From: Octopus vulgaris
Taxonomy: Eukaryota
Assembly: GCA_951406725.2 (NCBI GenBank)
Contig: OX597828.1
Coordinates: forward strand, 26,784,001-26,848,000
Direction of reading: 5' to 3'
Length of the DNA stretch: 64,000 nucleotides
In this document: positions 53,570 to 64,000 of the stretch, in pieces
Layout of the letters: each line of letters begins with the position of its first letter
Position numbering within the stretch: position 1 is the first letter of the stretch
Translations under genes and position numbers: made by a program
The notes under the pieces: model-generated
What the model was told of the DNA's origin: nothing
What the model saw: the letters and a program-made list of their open reading frames with translations, nothing else
The model's database searches: none

Positions 53570-55536
53570 AGTCTTCTATTCCCTCTTCCTCAATGAATGA
53601 ATGTGTGTGTGTGTGTTGTATGCTTAGGATAATAGAATGGCCAAGTGGTTAAATAGTTTGCTTTGCAATCATGAAATTTCAGGGTTCAAACCCACTGAGT
53701 GACAGTTTGGACAAGCTTTCTCTCCCCTTAAGTCTTGGGTCAACCACCTACTTCCTGCGAGTGGAATTGGCCAAATGTTGGACGTGTCATTATTTGAAAA
53801 GAATCAGCTTTGTCACATGTTATGTCTTACTGGTTCCACCAGAGGATCATCTTAAGCCTAAACATCACTTTGGAATACTCAGCCACTTCCAATCCTGATT
53901 CAGTGTATTAATTGGCTGCCCAGTTTCATATGGTAACTGGAATCTTTGTGGAAATCACCATTGATTAGTGGACGCACAGACATGATTCAGTGGTCAGGAG
54001 GCTTAATTCGCAACCACATGGTTTCAAGTTCAGTCCCCCAGTACAACACCATGGGTAATTGTCTTCTGCTATAGCCCTCATCTAACAAATGCCTCTTGAC
54101 TGAGTTTGGTAGATGGAAACTGTACAGAAGCCCATCATATATATATATATATATATATATGTACATATGCCTTTGAATTTGTCCTGCACTACTTCTTGAT
54201 CACAAGTATTGGTCTGTTTCATTACCTAGCAATTCTGCAAAAGAGACTGATGGAATAAGGACCAGCCTTAAAAGTGGGGAGGGAAAGGGAAATGGAACCC
54301 CAGCTTATTGGGGTTTATCTGTTTGACTAAACTATTCAAGACGATGCCCCAGCAGGGGCCGTAGTCCAATCACTGACGCAGGTAGAAGGCAGAAGATAAG
54401 CCATCGCATATACATACGTTCATACATATACATTACATATATATATATATATATATATATATAAATCTATTTTACACTATCTCTCACTCTTCGTCTCTGT
54501 GTGTGTCTCTCTCTCTCTCACTCACACACACACACACACACACACACACGCATAGGCATTATTTGCTTTGTGTATCAGTGTTTCTCTTCCTTGTCTGTCT
54601 CTTGTTTTCTACCTTTCATATCACTCCTCTCTCTCTCTCTCTCTCATACCTTTCTTATCTAATTTTACTACCTGTCAAATTGGTTACAAACACCTTCAGT
54701 CTCTCTCCTCCTCCCCCCTCTCTCTCTCCTGTCCCTCATTCCTCTCCCCACTACTCTGCTGATGATCTTTGCACTCTGAACGTCCCTCTCTCTTACCCCA
54801 GCCCACACACATCTTAGCCACACCCACTTTCTGTCAAGGACCACCCACATATTACCTTCCCAGCCACCTGTTAAATAACACTGTTCTCACTGCATCCATT
54901 GCACTCAGTAACCATCTCCAACACCCACTTAATGAATCCACCTCCCACAACCTCTCTATCCTCTCCCCCTCTCTTTTCCTTACCCTGCTCCTTTCTCATG
55001 TGCCCCACTTCCTTATAAGTCTCACCATAATATTAGGTCTCCTAGTTCTAGGTTGTTGCCTTTTCCTCTGTACCTCTTTCTACCTTCTTCTCCTTCTTAA
55101 TGGTTTCTAAGTAGTAAATTAATTAAGTGAATTGACTCATTAAAGCAGAAGTGGAGGAGGAGGAGGTAAGAAAAAGAACCATGCAGTATTTAGTTTTGAC
55201 TGTCTCTGCACTCATTGAGTTCAAATCTTGCTGAGGTCAGATTTGTTTTGCTTCCATTCAGGGCCAATAAAACAACATGCAAAGGGGATTAGAAGAATTG
55301 TTGGAACATTGATGCCAGATATCAGGCACATACGTGGCTGTGTTGTAGCAAGTTGGCTTTCCAATCATAGGGTCTCCAGTTCAGTCCCACTGCATGGCAC
55401 CAAGGGCATTTGCCTTCTACTCTAGCCCAGGTTGATCAAAGCCTTGTGAATAAATTCAGTGGATGGAAACTGAAAGAAGCCTATCATATATATGTATGTT
55501 TGTGTGTGTGTGTGTGTGTGCGTGTGTGTGTGTATG

Positions 55537-55575
<39 letters not shown>

Positions 55576-55581
<6 letters not shown>

Positions 55582-55746
55582 CACTAAGAAGGTTTAGAAA
55601 CCACCTGAAGAATGTCTAAGATGTGCTGACACGAAACGATCGTAGTGGTTATTCATTTGTTAAATTTTAATTTATATAAATTATTTTATGTATTGGCTTA
55701 AGTCTTTCTTTCTTTGATTTGCATAATAGTGGTTTTGTCTCTAATT

Positions 55747-55750
<4 letters not shown>
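55576..55750 (+). mobile_element. Element H5 (~175 bp, (TA)n on both sides) with hammerhead
   Basis: Short AT-rich insert between two long (TA)n tracts. Confidence 0.7.
55599..55650 (+). ncRNA. Type-I hammerhead ribozyme with palindromic stem III
   Basis: AACCAC-CUGAAGA-aUGUC..GACAc-GAA-ACGAUCGU-A-GUGGUU: 6-bp stem I, intact core, perfect palindrome ACGAUCGU and a GUA cleavage triplet. Confidence 0.82.
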
Positions 55751-55792
<42 letters not shown>

Positions 55793-55795
<3 letters not shown>

Positions 55796-56285
55796 AGCAC
55801 CATACGAGTGTGATCATTGACAGAGCGGCTAACCGGCTTCCGTGCCAGTGGCACTTAGAAGGCACCATTCGAGTTACCAGCGTCACCTTACTGGCACTCA
55901 AGCCCCACGCTAGTAGGGTATTAAGAGCACCATCCAAGCGTGATCGTTGCCAGAGCGGCTATCTGGCCTCCGTGCCGGTGGCATGTAAAAGACACCATTC
56001 AAGCGTGATCGTTACCAGCCTTGCATTACTGGCACCTGTGCTGGTGGCATGTGTAAAAGATTCGAGCAAGGTCGTTGCCAGTACTGCCTGACTGGCCACG
56101 TGCCGGTGGCACGTAAAAGCACCCATTACACTCTAGGAGTGGTTGGCGTTAGGAAGGGCATCCAGCTATAGAAACTCTGCCAGATCAAGATTGAAGCCTG
56201 GTGCAGCCACCTGGTTTGCCAGCCCTCAGTCATTCGTTCAACCCATTCTAGCATGGAAAGCGGACGTTAAATGATGATGATGATG
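55793..56285 (+). mobile_element. RTE-like 3' UTR (family C) with about 5 hairpin units
   Basis: Repeated GCACCAT..AGCGTGATCGTT.CCAG...CTGGC..CGTGCCGGTGGCAC units, then the GTTGGCGTTAGGAAGGGCATCC motif and (TGA)n. Confidence 0.87.
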
Positions 56286-56315
56286 TATGTATGTGTGTGT
56301 GTGTGTATAATTATA

Positions 56316-56531
56316 TGAGGTGGGGCTGAGAAATTCCTGTCTTTGGGTAAAAGAAATACAAGAGGATCAGTTAATTATGAGTTTATTCAACATATTCCCC
56401 TCTCAGATTCACACACTTATTGCAGCGATCCTTCAGTTTTTCCAATCCCTGTCAAAGAACTCAGAAGGTTGAGCCTCCAGCCAGGCCTTTTGCGATACCC
56501 TTAAAACCAGGAACTTTTCAGCATCCCCTCA
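56316..56531. mobile_element. Tc1/mariner-like MITE
   Basis: Imperfect terminal inverted repeats TGAGGTGGGGCTGAGAAATTCCTG and CAGGAACTTTTCAGCATCCCCTCA, preceded by TA. Confidence 0.7.
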
Positions 56532-56558
56532 TTTATATATATATATCTTTTTTTTTTA

Positions 56559-56899
56559 CTCTTTTACTTGTTTCAGTCATTTGACTGCGGCCATGCTGGA
56601 GCACCGCTTTTAGTCGAGCAAATAGACCCCGGGACTTATTCTTTGTTAGCCCAGTACTTATTCGATTGGTCTGTTTTGCCGAACCGCTAAGTGACAGGGA
56701 CGTAAACATACCAACATCGGTTGTCAAGCAATGCTAGGGGGACAAACACAGACACAAACATACATACACATATATATATATACATATATACGACGGGCTT
56801 CTTTTCAGTTTCCGTCTACCAAATCCACTCACAAGGCTTTGGTCGGCTCGAGGCTATAGTAGAAGACACTTGTCCAAGATGCCACGCAGTGGGACTGAA
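56559..56899 (-). mobile_element. SINE A, 5'-truncated at a (TA)n tract
   Basis: Reverse complement of family A, ending within the B box. Confidence 0.9.
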
Positions 56900-56905
56900 T
56901 ATATA

Positions 56906-56951
<46 letters not shown>

Positions 56952-58319
56952 AAAAAGTAACAACAAAAGCATGTGACCTCAATATTAGATAAATAGAGGA
57001 TTATTTATATATGTTATAATTTAGAACAAACATAAAAAGTTGTCATTATAGTACTCAGAGTTTCAAATGTTGAAGTGAAGAGCTGCGATGATTTTTTACA
57101 GCAATGCCCATCTACACAAGGATAATATCCACATTTTAGTGAAATATGTGCAGTTTTGCACAGTCTAATAACGCCCAGAGCCATATCCTTTGCTATTTTT
57201 CTGAGATTTTGCTAACAGAAATCTGAGGTATTATCTTGCCTTAATTATTTTTGTTAGATGTTAATTAATAGACTTCTTGCTCTGTTTCTATTTCAATGTA
57301 TTAAACTTGTTAAGCAATAATTATTTCTTTCATATACAAGATTGGCTGAATGAGGCAGATTATTACTAGTATATTATACATACTGAAACATTAATAATAA
57401 TAATAATCCTTTATACTTTAGGCACAAGGCCTGAAATTTTTGGCAAGGGAGATAATCGCTTACATCAACTCCATTAGTATACTGGTACTTATTTCATTGA
57501 ACCCTGAAAGGATGAAAAGTAAAATTAATTCTGTGTTTATTGAACTCAGAACGTAAAGACAAGATATCGCTAAACATTTTGTCCAATATGCTAATGATTC
57601 TGACTGACAGTTCAGCGCCTGATAATAAGAAAACATCCATTAAATTAGCCTGGATTTTTAAACAAGCAAGAAATATTTCATTCAGGCACGTACCATCGGT
57701 AATTACTCTGGGTAGGCAATTGGTGACGTTTATGTGGTAAAACACCAAAAAAAAAAAAAGAAAAAAAAAAAGTGAAACACAGGCATGGGACTGAGTTGTA
57801 GGCAGATTTACTTCTGCTTTTATAGCATGTAAAGAAAACGTTGTTGTAGGAATGTATGCAGCATGTGTACTACAGCAGTTCTATGCATAGCTTTAATACT
57901 GAGATTGAAAGATGGGCAAATTATATAAAATATTTTGCCTTTTATGCATAGTAATCAGAGTAACCTTCATAATTTTATTGAATTAGTTGCATATTTTGCA
58001 GTAAAAGGAAAATGTTGCTATCAATCTATTTTATTCAGGGTAGGCACTGCTTACCTTGCCTGCTCAGGTGGCACATCCTTGATTTCATTGTATGCTGTTT
58101 TCACTTTAACCTTATGCTTTTCGGCAAAACTATAATGTGGATATCATCATCATCATTGTCTTCCATGATGGTATGAGTTAGATGCCTCACCATGGTCCTT
58201 GTCAGTTAGAAATAACAGCCAAACCTCACTTCAGTCATATTCTGTCACCTTCAAAAAGAGCAAAGACACTTGGGATGAAGTTTCAAATGTGTCTCTGCTG
58301 TTTATTTGTGACATATTCT

Positions 58320-58539
58320 TATTTGTTTATTGCCCACAAGAGACTAAACATAGAGGGGACAAACAAAGGGATTAAGTTGATTACATCGATACCAGTGCAT
58401 AACTGGTACTTAATTTATCGACCCCAAAAGGATGAAAGGCAAAGTCGACCTCGGCGGAATTTGAACTCACAACGTAATGGCAGATGAAATACCGCAAAGC
58501 ATTTTGCCCGGCGTGCTAACGATTCTGCCAGCTCGCTGC
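58320..58539 (-). mobile_element. SINE family D with 19-bp target-site duplication
   Basis: TTTATTTGTGACATATTCT occurs at 58301-58319 and 58540-58558. Confidence 0.9.
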
Positions 58540-58678
58540 TTTATTTGTGACATATTCTGTACATTGATTCACATTTCCTGGATCTGCTAATCTTCTTTCC
58601 CCAACCCCTCAAGATATTCTGTTAATTCATTGCCTTTGGTTCTCTACTAATTCTATTCATCAGCTGTTCTCCTTAATT

Positions 58679-58999
58679 TCCGTGCCGGTGGCACGTAAAA
58701 TGCACCATCCAATTGTGGCCGTTGCCAGCCTCGTCTGGCCCCGTGCCAGTGGCACGTAAAAAGCACCATCTGATCGTGGCCGTTTGCTGGCCTCGTCTGG
58801 CACCTGTGCAGGTGGCACGTAAAAAGCACCCACTACATTCACAGAGTGGTTGGCGTTAGGAAGGGCATCCAGCTGTAGAAACACTGCCAGATCAGACTGG
58901 GCCTGGCACAGCCTTCTGGTTTCCCAGACCCCAGTTGAACCGTCCAACCCATGCTAGCATGGAAAACGGACGTTAAATGATGATGATGATGATGATGAT
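58679..58999 (+). mobile_element. RTE-like 3' UTR (family C) with three hairpin units
   Basis: GTGCCGGTGGCAC-type units at 58682, 58743 and 58806, and a (TGA)n tail. Confidence 0.88.
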
Positions 59000-60689
59000 T
59001 ATCAAGCATGTGAGCTGGCAGAGTTGTTAGCAACTTGGAGAGAATTCTTACTGGCATTTGTTCCAGCTCCTTATGTTGTGAGTTCAAATTCTACTGAGGT
59101 CGTCTTTGCATTCATCCTTTTGGAGTTGATAAAATAAATTACAATGAAGTTACTGAGGTTGATGCAATTAATGTTACCCCTCCCCTCAAAATTGTTGACC
59201 TTGCTCCAAAATTTGAAAGAATTATTTCTATCATTGTTCAAATCCCACTGGTGTTGATACTAGTCAAGTACTGGGGTCAATGTAACCAATTAACCTTCTC
59301 CCTCTCAAAATATCTGGCCCTGACAAATAAGAAAACATCCATTAAATTAGCCTGGAGTCTTTTGAAGGAAAAGGAACAGTAGATTTGATTCAGGCATGTA
59401 CCGTACTTGGCTGGTACTTTTATTGACCTGGAAGGGTGAAAGGGCACGGTTGACTTTGTAATGTTCTGCTGGTTTATGAGGACACATAGCTTTGGGATTG
59501 GTGCGTTGTACTCACAATTGCAAGGTTGTGGTTGTGGTTCCTCGACCAGGGGGTGCATTGTGTTTATGTTAAGTTTATGTTGCCCCAGAATGCCAGGTCA
59601 TCTGGCATTCTGTTCTAGGGGAATGTTGGGATCTCAGTCACTCAGATGTCATGGAACCTGAGTAACCAACTCTATGAGCCTGAGGACTCAACACAGTATT
59701 TGCTTTGTGTTTCTTGTGATACAGGTACAGCACCAAATTTCTAAATGTTGGTGGTCAGAATCTCTTATCACTGACACTAATCTATGAACAGGAACTTTAA
59801 TCCTTTTGTTACCATATTCCCATTAATTTGCTTCAACTAATCTTGAAAATAATGAAGAATTTGGTAAAATTTTTGTCATTTTCTAAACTGGTCTTTGGAA
59901 CATAAATTAACATAAAGTTGAGAGAATGTTTTAATTTCAGTCAATTTAATCAGTAAGTTTATATCACCAAAAGCAAAGGCAGCCCAAGGAGGAATGGTAT
60001 CCAAAGGATTAAATGACAATGGTCACCAGACTAGTTTACTGGTACATTACACAGTACAGTGCCTTGTGCAGTACAGTATAAAGAAGCTTGTAGTTTTTAT
60101 TCTAATATACAGATACCTGTATTTCATTTAATAATATAAGTAAATTTAAATATTTGGTTAATTCATTATGACCATTCCCTGGTTTAAAAAGAGGGTCTGG
60201 AAGAATTGATATTGGATCTTTGGTGATTGCATCAGCATCAATACTTGACTAGTTTCAGCAGTGCTCCTCCCCCATTTCTGAAGAATGTAAAGCAAAGTTG
60301 ATGGTGGTATTGATGATGACAACAATGATGATGTTGATTACTTCCATTGGCATAAAGACAAACAAAATAAATGAAAAAAAACTATTACAAGAGATGATGA
60401 CTGTAAATTAAATTAAACATAAACGAACCAAATATTTAATTGCATTTTCTCATGTTTTTACTTTATCATTTTTTTAACATAAATGAATTAAGAAATTTTG
60501 TTGGATCAACTTCAACATATTCTTTCAGTCTTTTAGCAGGGGGCGGCGTTTGATGAAGTAAATAGCAGTTGTATACTGGGGGTTGATTTTGTTGACTACA
60601 TATCTCTGTCTCCTATTGAGATTTAGACTTGTACTTAAACAAAAGAAGATCATTATTTTAATTGTAAAAAGCCAAAAAGAAGAAAAATA

Positions 60690-60740
<51 letters not shown>

Positions 60741-62288
60741 AAGATTGAAAGAAATGTTAATGTCTGAATAATTAGAAATAAAAGATGAAGACTGTAGAAT
60801 TCTAGTAAGATAGAAGAAATGGCTATTTATTATTATTAGAAGAGATCCATGCTCCTTCTCAAGTATGTTCAAAGACAAATTTACCATTACTGTGCTGTGT
60901 GACATTTCAGAAAAATGAAGAATTTGTATTTAACAATGACTAAAAAAAGAGAAAGAGAGAATAAAGCATTAGGACTGTGTTTAATGATATTTTCTTTTTT
61001 TTTTTTTTTTTCAATGTGCAAAATTTTAAAAAAATGTAAAAAAATAAAACAAAAACTAAAATTAAAATAAGCAGCAAAAAAAATGAAAATAACATAACTT
61101 TTATAACAAAACTTATAAACTTTGTTTTAATTTCTTACTATTTTTTTTTTTTTTCAATCTCTCTACCTATGCTCCTCCATCCCTCCCTCCACCCTACTCC
61201 ATATTTTTAAAATGCAGTTTGATATCATTTTCTCTACGCTATCCCCTGGATCGGTTGGTTTAGCGTTGCATGGTTGTTCGCCGGCATTCCTTCGTTCTTT
61301 GTACCCGAACATCCAAACTTCATTATTGTTATTGATGCTATTATTATTGTTGTTATTATTAGTTACCTGATTATTATTGTTATTATTATTATTGTTATAT
61401 TATTATTGTTATTATTATTGTTATTGTTATTATTATTGTTATTGTTATTATTATTATTATTATTGTTTTCTTTTGTCATATTATCATTAGGATTAATAAT
61501 ATCATTTATATTTCTCGACTTCTTATACAATGGGATCTCTCTGTAGTTTTTTCAGTCTTACCGCTTGTTTGGGTGATTCGCATTTATAGGGAAAATAATG
61601 GTAAAATAATTCTCCAAGAACAATAACTCTCTCTCTCTCTCTTCTCTCTCTTCATAATTATAATTCTTCAATTTAATAATTTCACTTTTGTTGAAAATAA
61701 TTTTCTTCTAATTTTAATTTTTTAATTTTTGTTTATTTTTTTTTTTCTATTTCGCTTTTTGTCAAGAGAAATATTCTCAAATGCCAAACTTAAAGATAGT
61801 AATCATTTTTTTATTGTTTAGCTTATCATCATTATTATTATTATTATTATCATTGTTATTATTATTAGTCTTAGTACGACAAACACACTCCACACACGCT
61901 TGCCGCTTGCCTACTCTTCCGCTTTTGCAAAACATTAAATATTTCAAATGACTTTAAAGAAAATTAGTATTGTCTTTAAAAACTGAATGACATTTTCATT
62001 ACAAGATATAACAACAACAACAACAACAACCAAAAAATATGAATAAATAAATAAATAAATAAACTTAAGAGGAAAGAAAACAAAAAAATTGCATCATGAA
62101 AAAAAAAATGAAATAAATATGTAAACAAAAAAATTAATATAAATTTTTACTTGGAAATAAAGAGTACTTTAGTTTAAATTTCATCAGAAAAATCCTACCA
62201 GTAGTTAGCAATGAAAGCAGTGCAACAGTGTACTTAAAAAGAAATATATTGCTGCTGCTGCTGCCACTGCTGCTACCACCACCACAAT

Positions 62289-62324
<36 letters not shown>

Positions 62325-62684
62325 ATCTGGCTCTACTATACTTTGGTTAATGTCTTCTGTTAATTTGATTTCAGTCTAACTCTTACAAGCAGAAACTGAT
62401 GCCAAAATGGAATGGGTTTAACCTTTGCACCTGTCGGCGTTGTTTTTCTTTTTTTTTTTCTTTTTTTTTTTTGTCTTCTGAATGAGTAACACGTTTATTC
62501 AAGTATAGAATTATTCCTGCAGATCTCCCACTTTCACTTTGTGTGTGTGTGTGTATTGTGGACAAATGAAAGAAGAGACACTCTATGTAGTGTTAAATAT
62601 TTTAAGGGTCATCACAGGAACCTAGCTTATTGGCCATATATTTGGCCAACTGAGTTGGACAAGCTACATTCCTGTGACACACAC

Positions 62685-62744
62685 CTGTGAAACTTTAAGT
62701 TGCATGGGGCCAAATCAAATTGTTTTTAAATAATAATAATAATC

Positions 62745-62785
<41 letters not shown>

Positions 62786-62844
62786 ATTATTATTATTATT
62801 TAAAAACAATTTGATTTGGCCCCAGGCAACTTAAAGTTTCACAG
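62685..62844. repeat. Near-perfect 160-bp palindrome centred on (TA)n
   Basis: The arms 62685-62747 and 62782-62844 are reverse complements with about 1 mismatch. Confidence 0.93.
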
Positions 62845-62930
62845 AGGATATTTTGTAGATAAGTTTCCTCTATTTGCATAATATTGAGGTTTCTTTATTT
62901 CTTGTCATCTTACCGCTTTTACCAATATAT

Positions 62931-62971
<41 letters not shown>

Positions 62972-62972
<1 letters not shown>

Positions 62973-63295
62973 CGTGGCTGTGTGGTAAGAGGCTTGCTTC
63001 CCAACTACATGGTTCCAGGTTCAGTCCCACTGCGTGACACCTTGGGCAAGTGTCTTCTACTTTAGCTTGAGACTGACCAAAGCCTTGTGAGTGGATTTGG
63101 TAGACTGAAACTGAAAGCCCATAGTGTGTGTGTGTGTTCATGTCTTTGTCCCCTACAACCGCTTGAAACTGGTGTTGGTGTGTTTACATCTCTGTAAAGA
63201 AAACTGATAGAATAAGTACTAGGTTTGACTAAGGAACCTTTCAAGGATGTGCCCCAGCATGGCTACAGTGATGGGAGTGAAATAAATAAAAGATA
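62972..63295 (+). mobile_element. Diverged SINE A
   Basis: Head, CORE-like CTTGGGCAAGT and tail are recognisable. Confidence 0.8.
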
Positions 63296-63352
63296 AATTA
63301 TATATGTCCAACCCATGCTAGCATGGAGAACGGACGTTAAACGATGATGATG

Positions 63353-63399
<47 letters not shown>

Positions 63400-63402
63400 T
63401 AT

Positions 63403-63594
63403 AGTTAATCCAAACATGAAAGCACAAAAAAACACAACAACGCGAGGACGTGGAACAAATATAGTATTATTAGATGCTCAGGAAAGAAGGAGGGTTTAAC
63501 GTTTCGAGCAGAGCTCTTCGTCAGAAACATAGGAGAAGGAAAGATCCAGAGAAGGGAAGACAGAGGAAAGAAATCGCCAACGGTAAACATGCGG

Positions 63595-63598
<4 letters not shown>
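63403..63598 (-). mobile_element. Element H1; hammerhead motif at 63494-63528
   Basis: Minus strand GUUU-CUGACGA-A-GAGCucuGCUC-GAAACGUU-AAAC, with (TA)n on both sides. Confidence 0.87.
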
Positions 63599-63644
<46 letters not shown>

Positions 63645-64000
63645 GTGTGTGTAGTAGAATACTAAGATAAACACACTAGAATAGATATTTCGTTCCTATG
63701 TACTTTTCCATGCTTTCCTGGGTCAGAGGAAGTTTATTGAGACAGATTTTCTACATCTGGATGTCCTACCTGTTTCCAGGTGAGCTAATATTTCCTCACG
63801 GTCTGGAATAGTGGAAATGAATAACATTGATTTATAAGTCGTGCAATGTCAAGAGAAAGACACACACACATACCATCATAATAATATGTTTAGAAAATTA
63901 CTATTTGTGGATCTCAACACAAGTGATATTCAGCAACAGTACTTTGAAGTAAAGATTATTTGCCAACATAACATGGCAGTCCTGGTTTAGGACAAATGTT

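Noticed and set aside
55793-56125. CRISPR-like look of palindromic GTGCCGGTGGCAC repeats with spacers
   Set aside because: The spacers are homologous to each other, the array is part of a LINE 3' UTR, the DNA is eukaryotic and no cas genes are present.
57040-57125. Possible additional hammerhead (minus strand GAAACUCUGAGUA, similar to H6 stem III)
   Set aside because: No convincing CUGANGA box or stem I upstream.

Overview
This is an AT-rich eukaryotic window with no recognisable intact protein-coding gene. The SINE families and the very high microsatellite load resemble octopus DNA; that assignment is inferred from recognition, not proven. Almost all ORFs in the track are microsatellite or repeat artefacts. 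The window contains: (i) three or more tRNA-derived SINE families; (ii) decayed RTE-like and CR1/L2-like LINE fragments, including many 5'-truncated RTE 3' UTRs with a variable array of ~62-bp hairpin units; (iii) piggyBac-like (TTAA), hAT-like and mariner-like MITEs; (iv) foldback palindromes and local duplications. The most notable signal is about 11 minimal type-I hammerhead-ribozyme motifs (CUGANGA...GAAA with a palindromic stem III). They sit in at least six unrelated 160-380 bp elements, mostly embedded in (TA)n tracts. One is a highly structured 352-bp monomer with a 31-bp terminal direct repeat that looks like a retrozyme or Penelope-type mobile RNA. Weak + strand splice signals in unique-sequence islands suggest the window may be intronic in a large gene.
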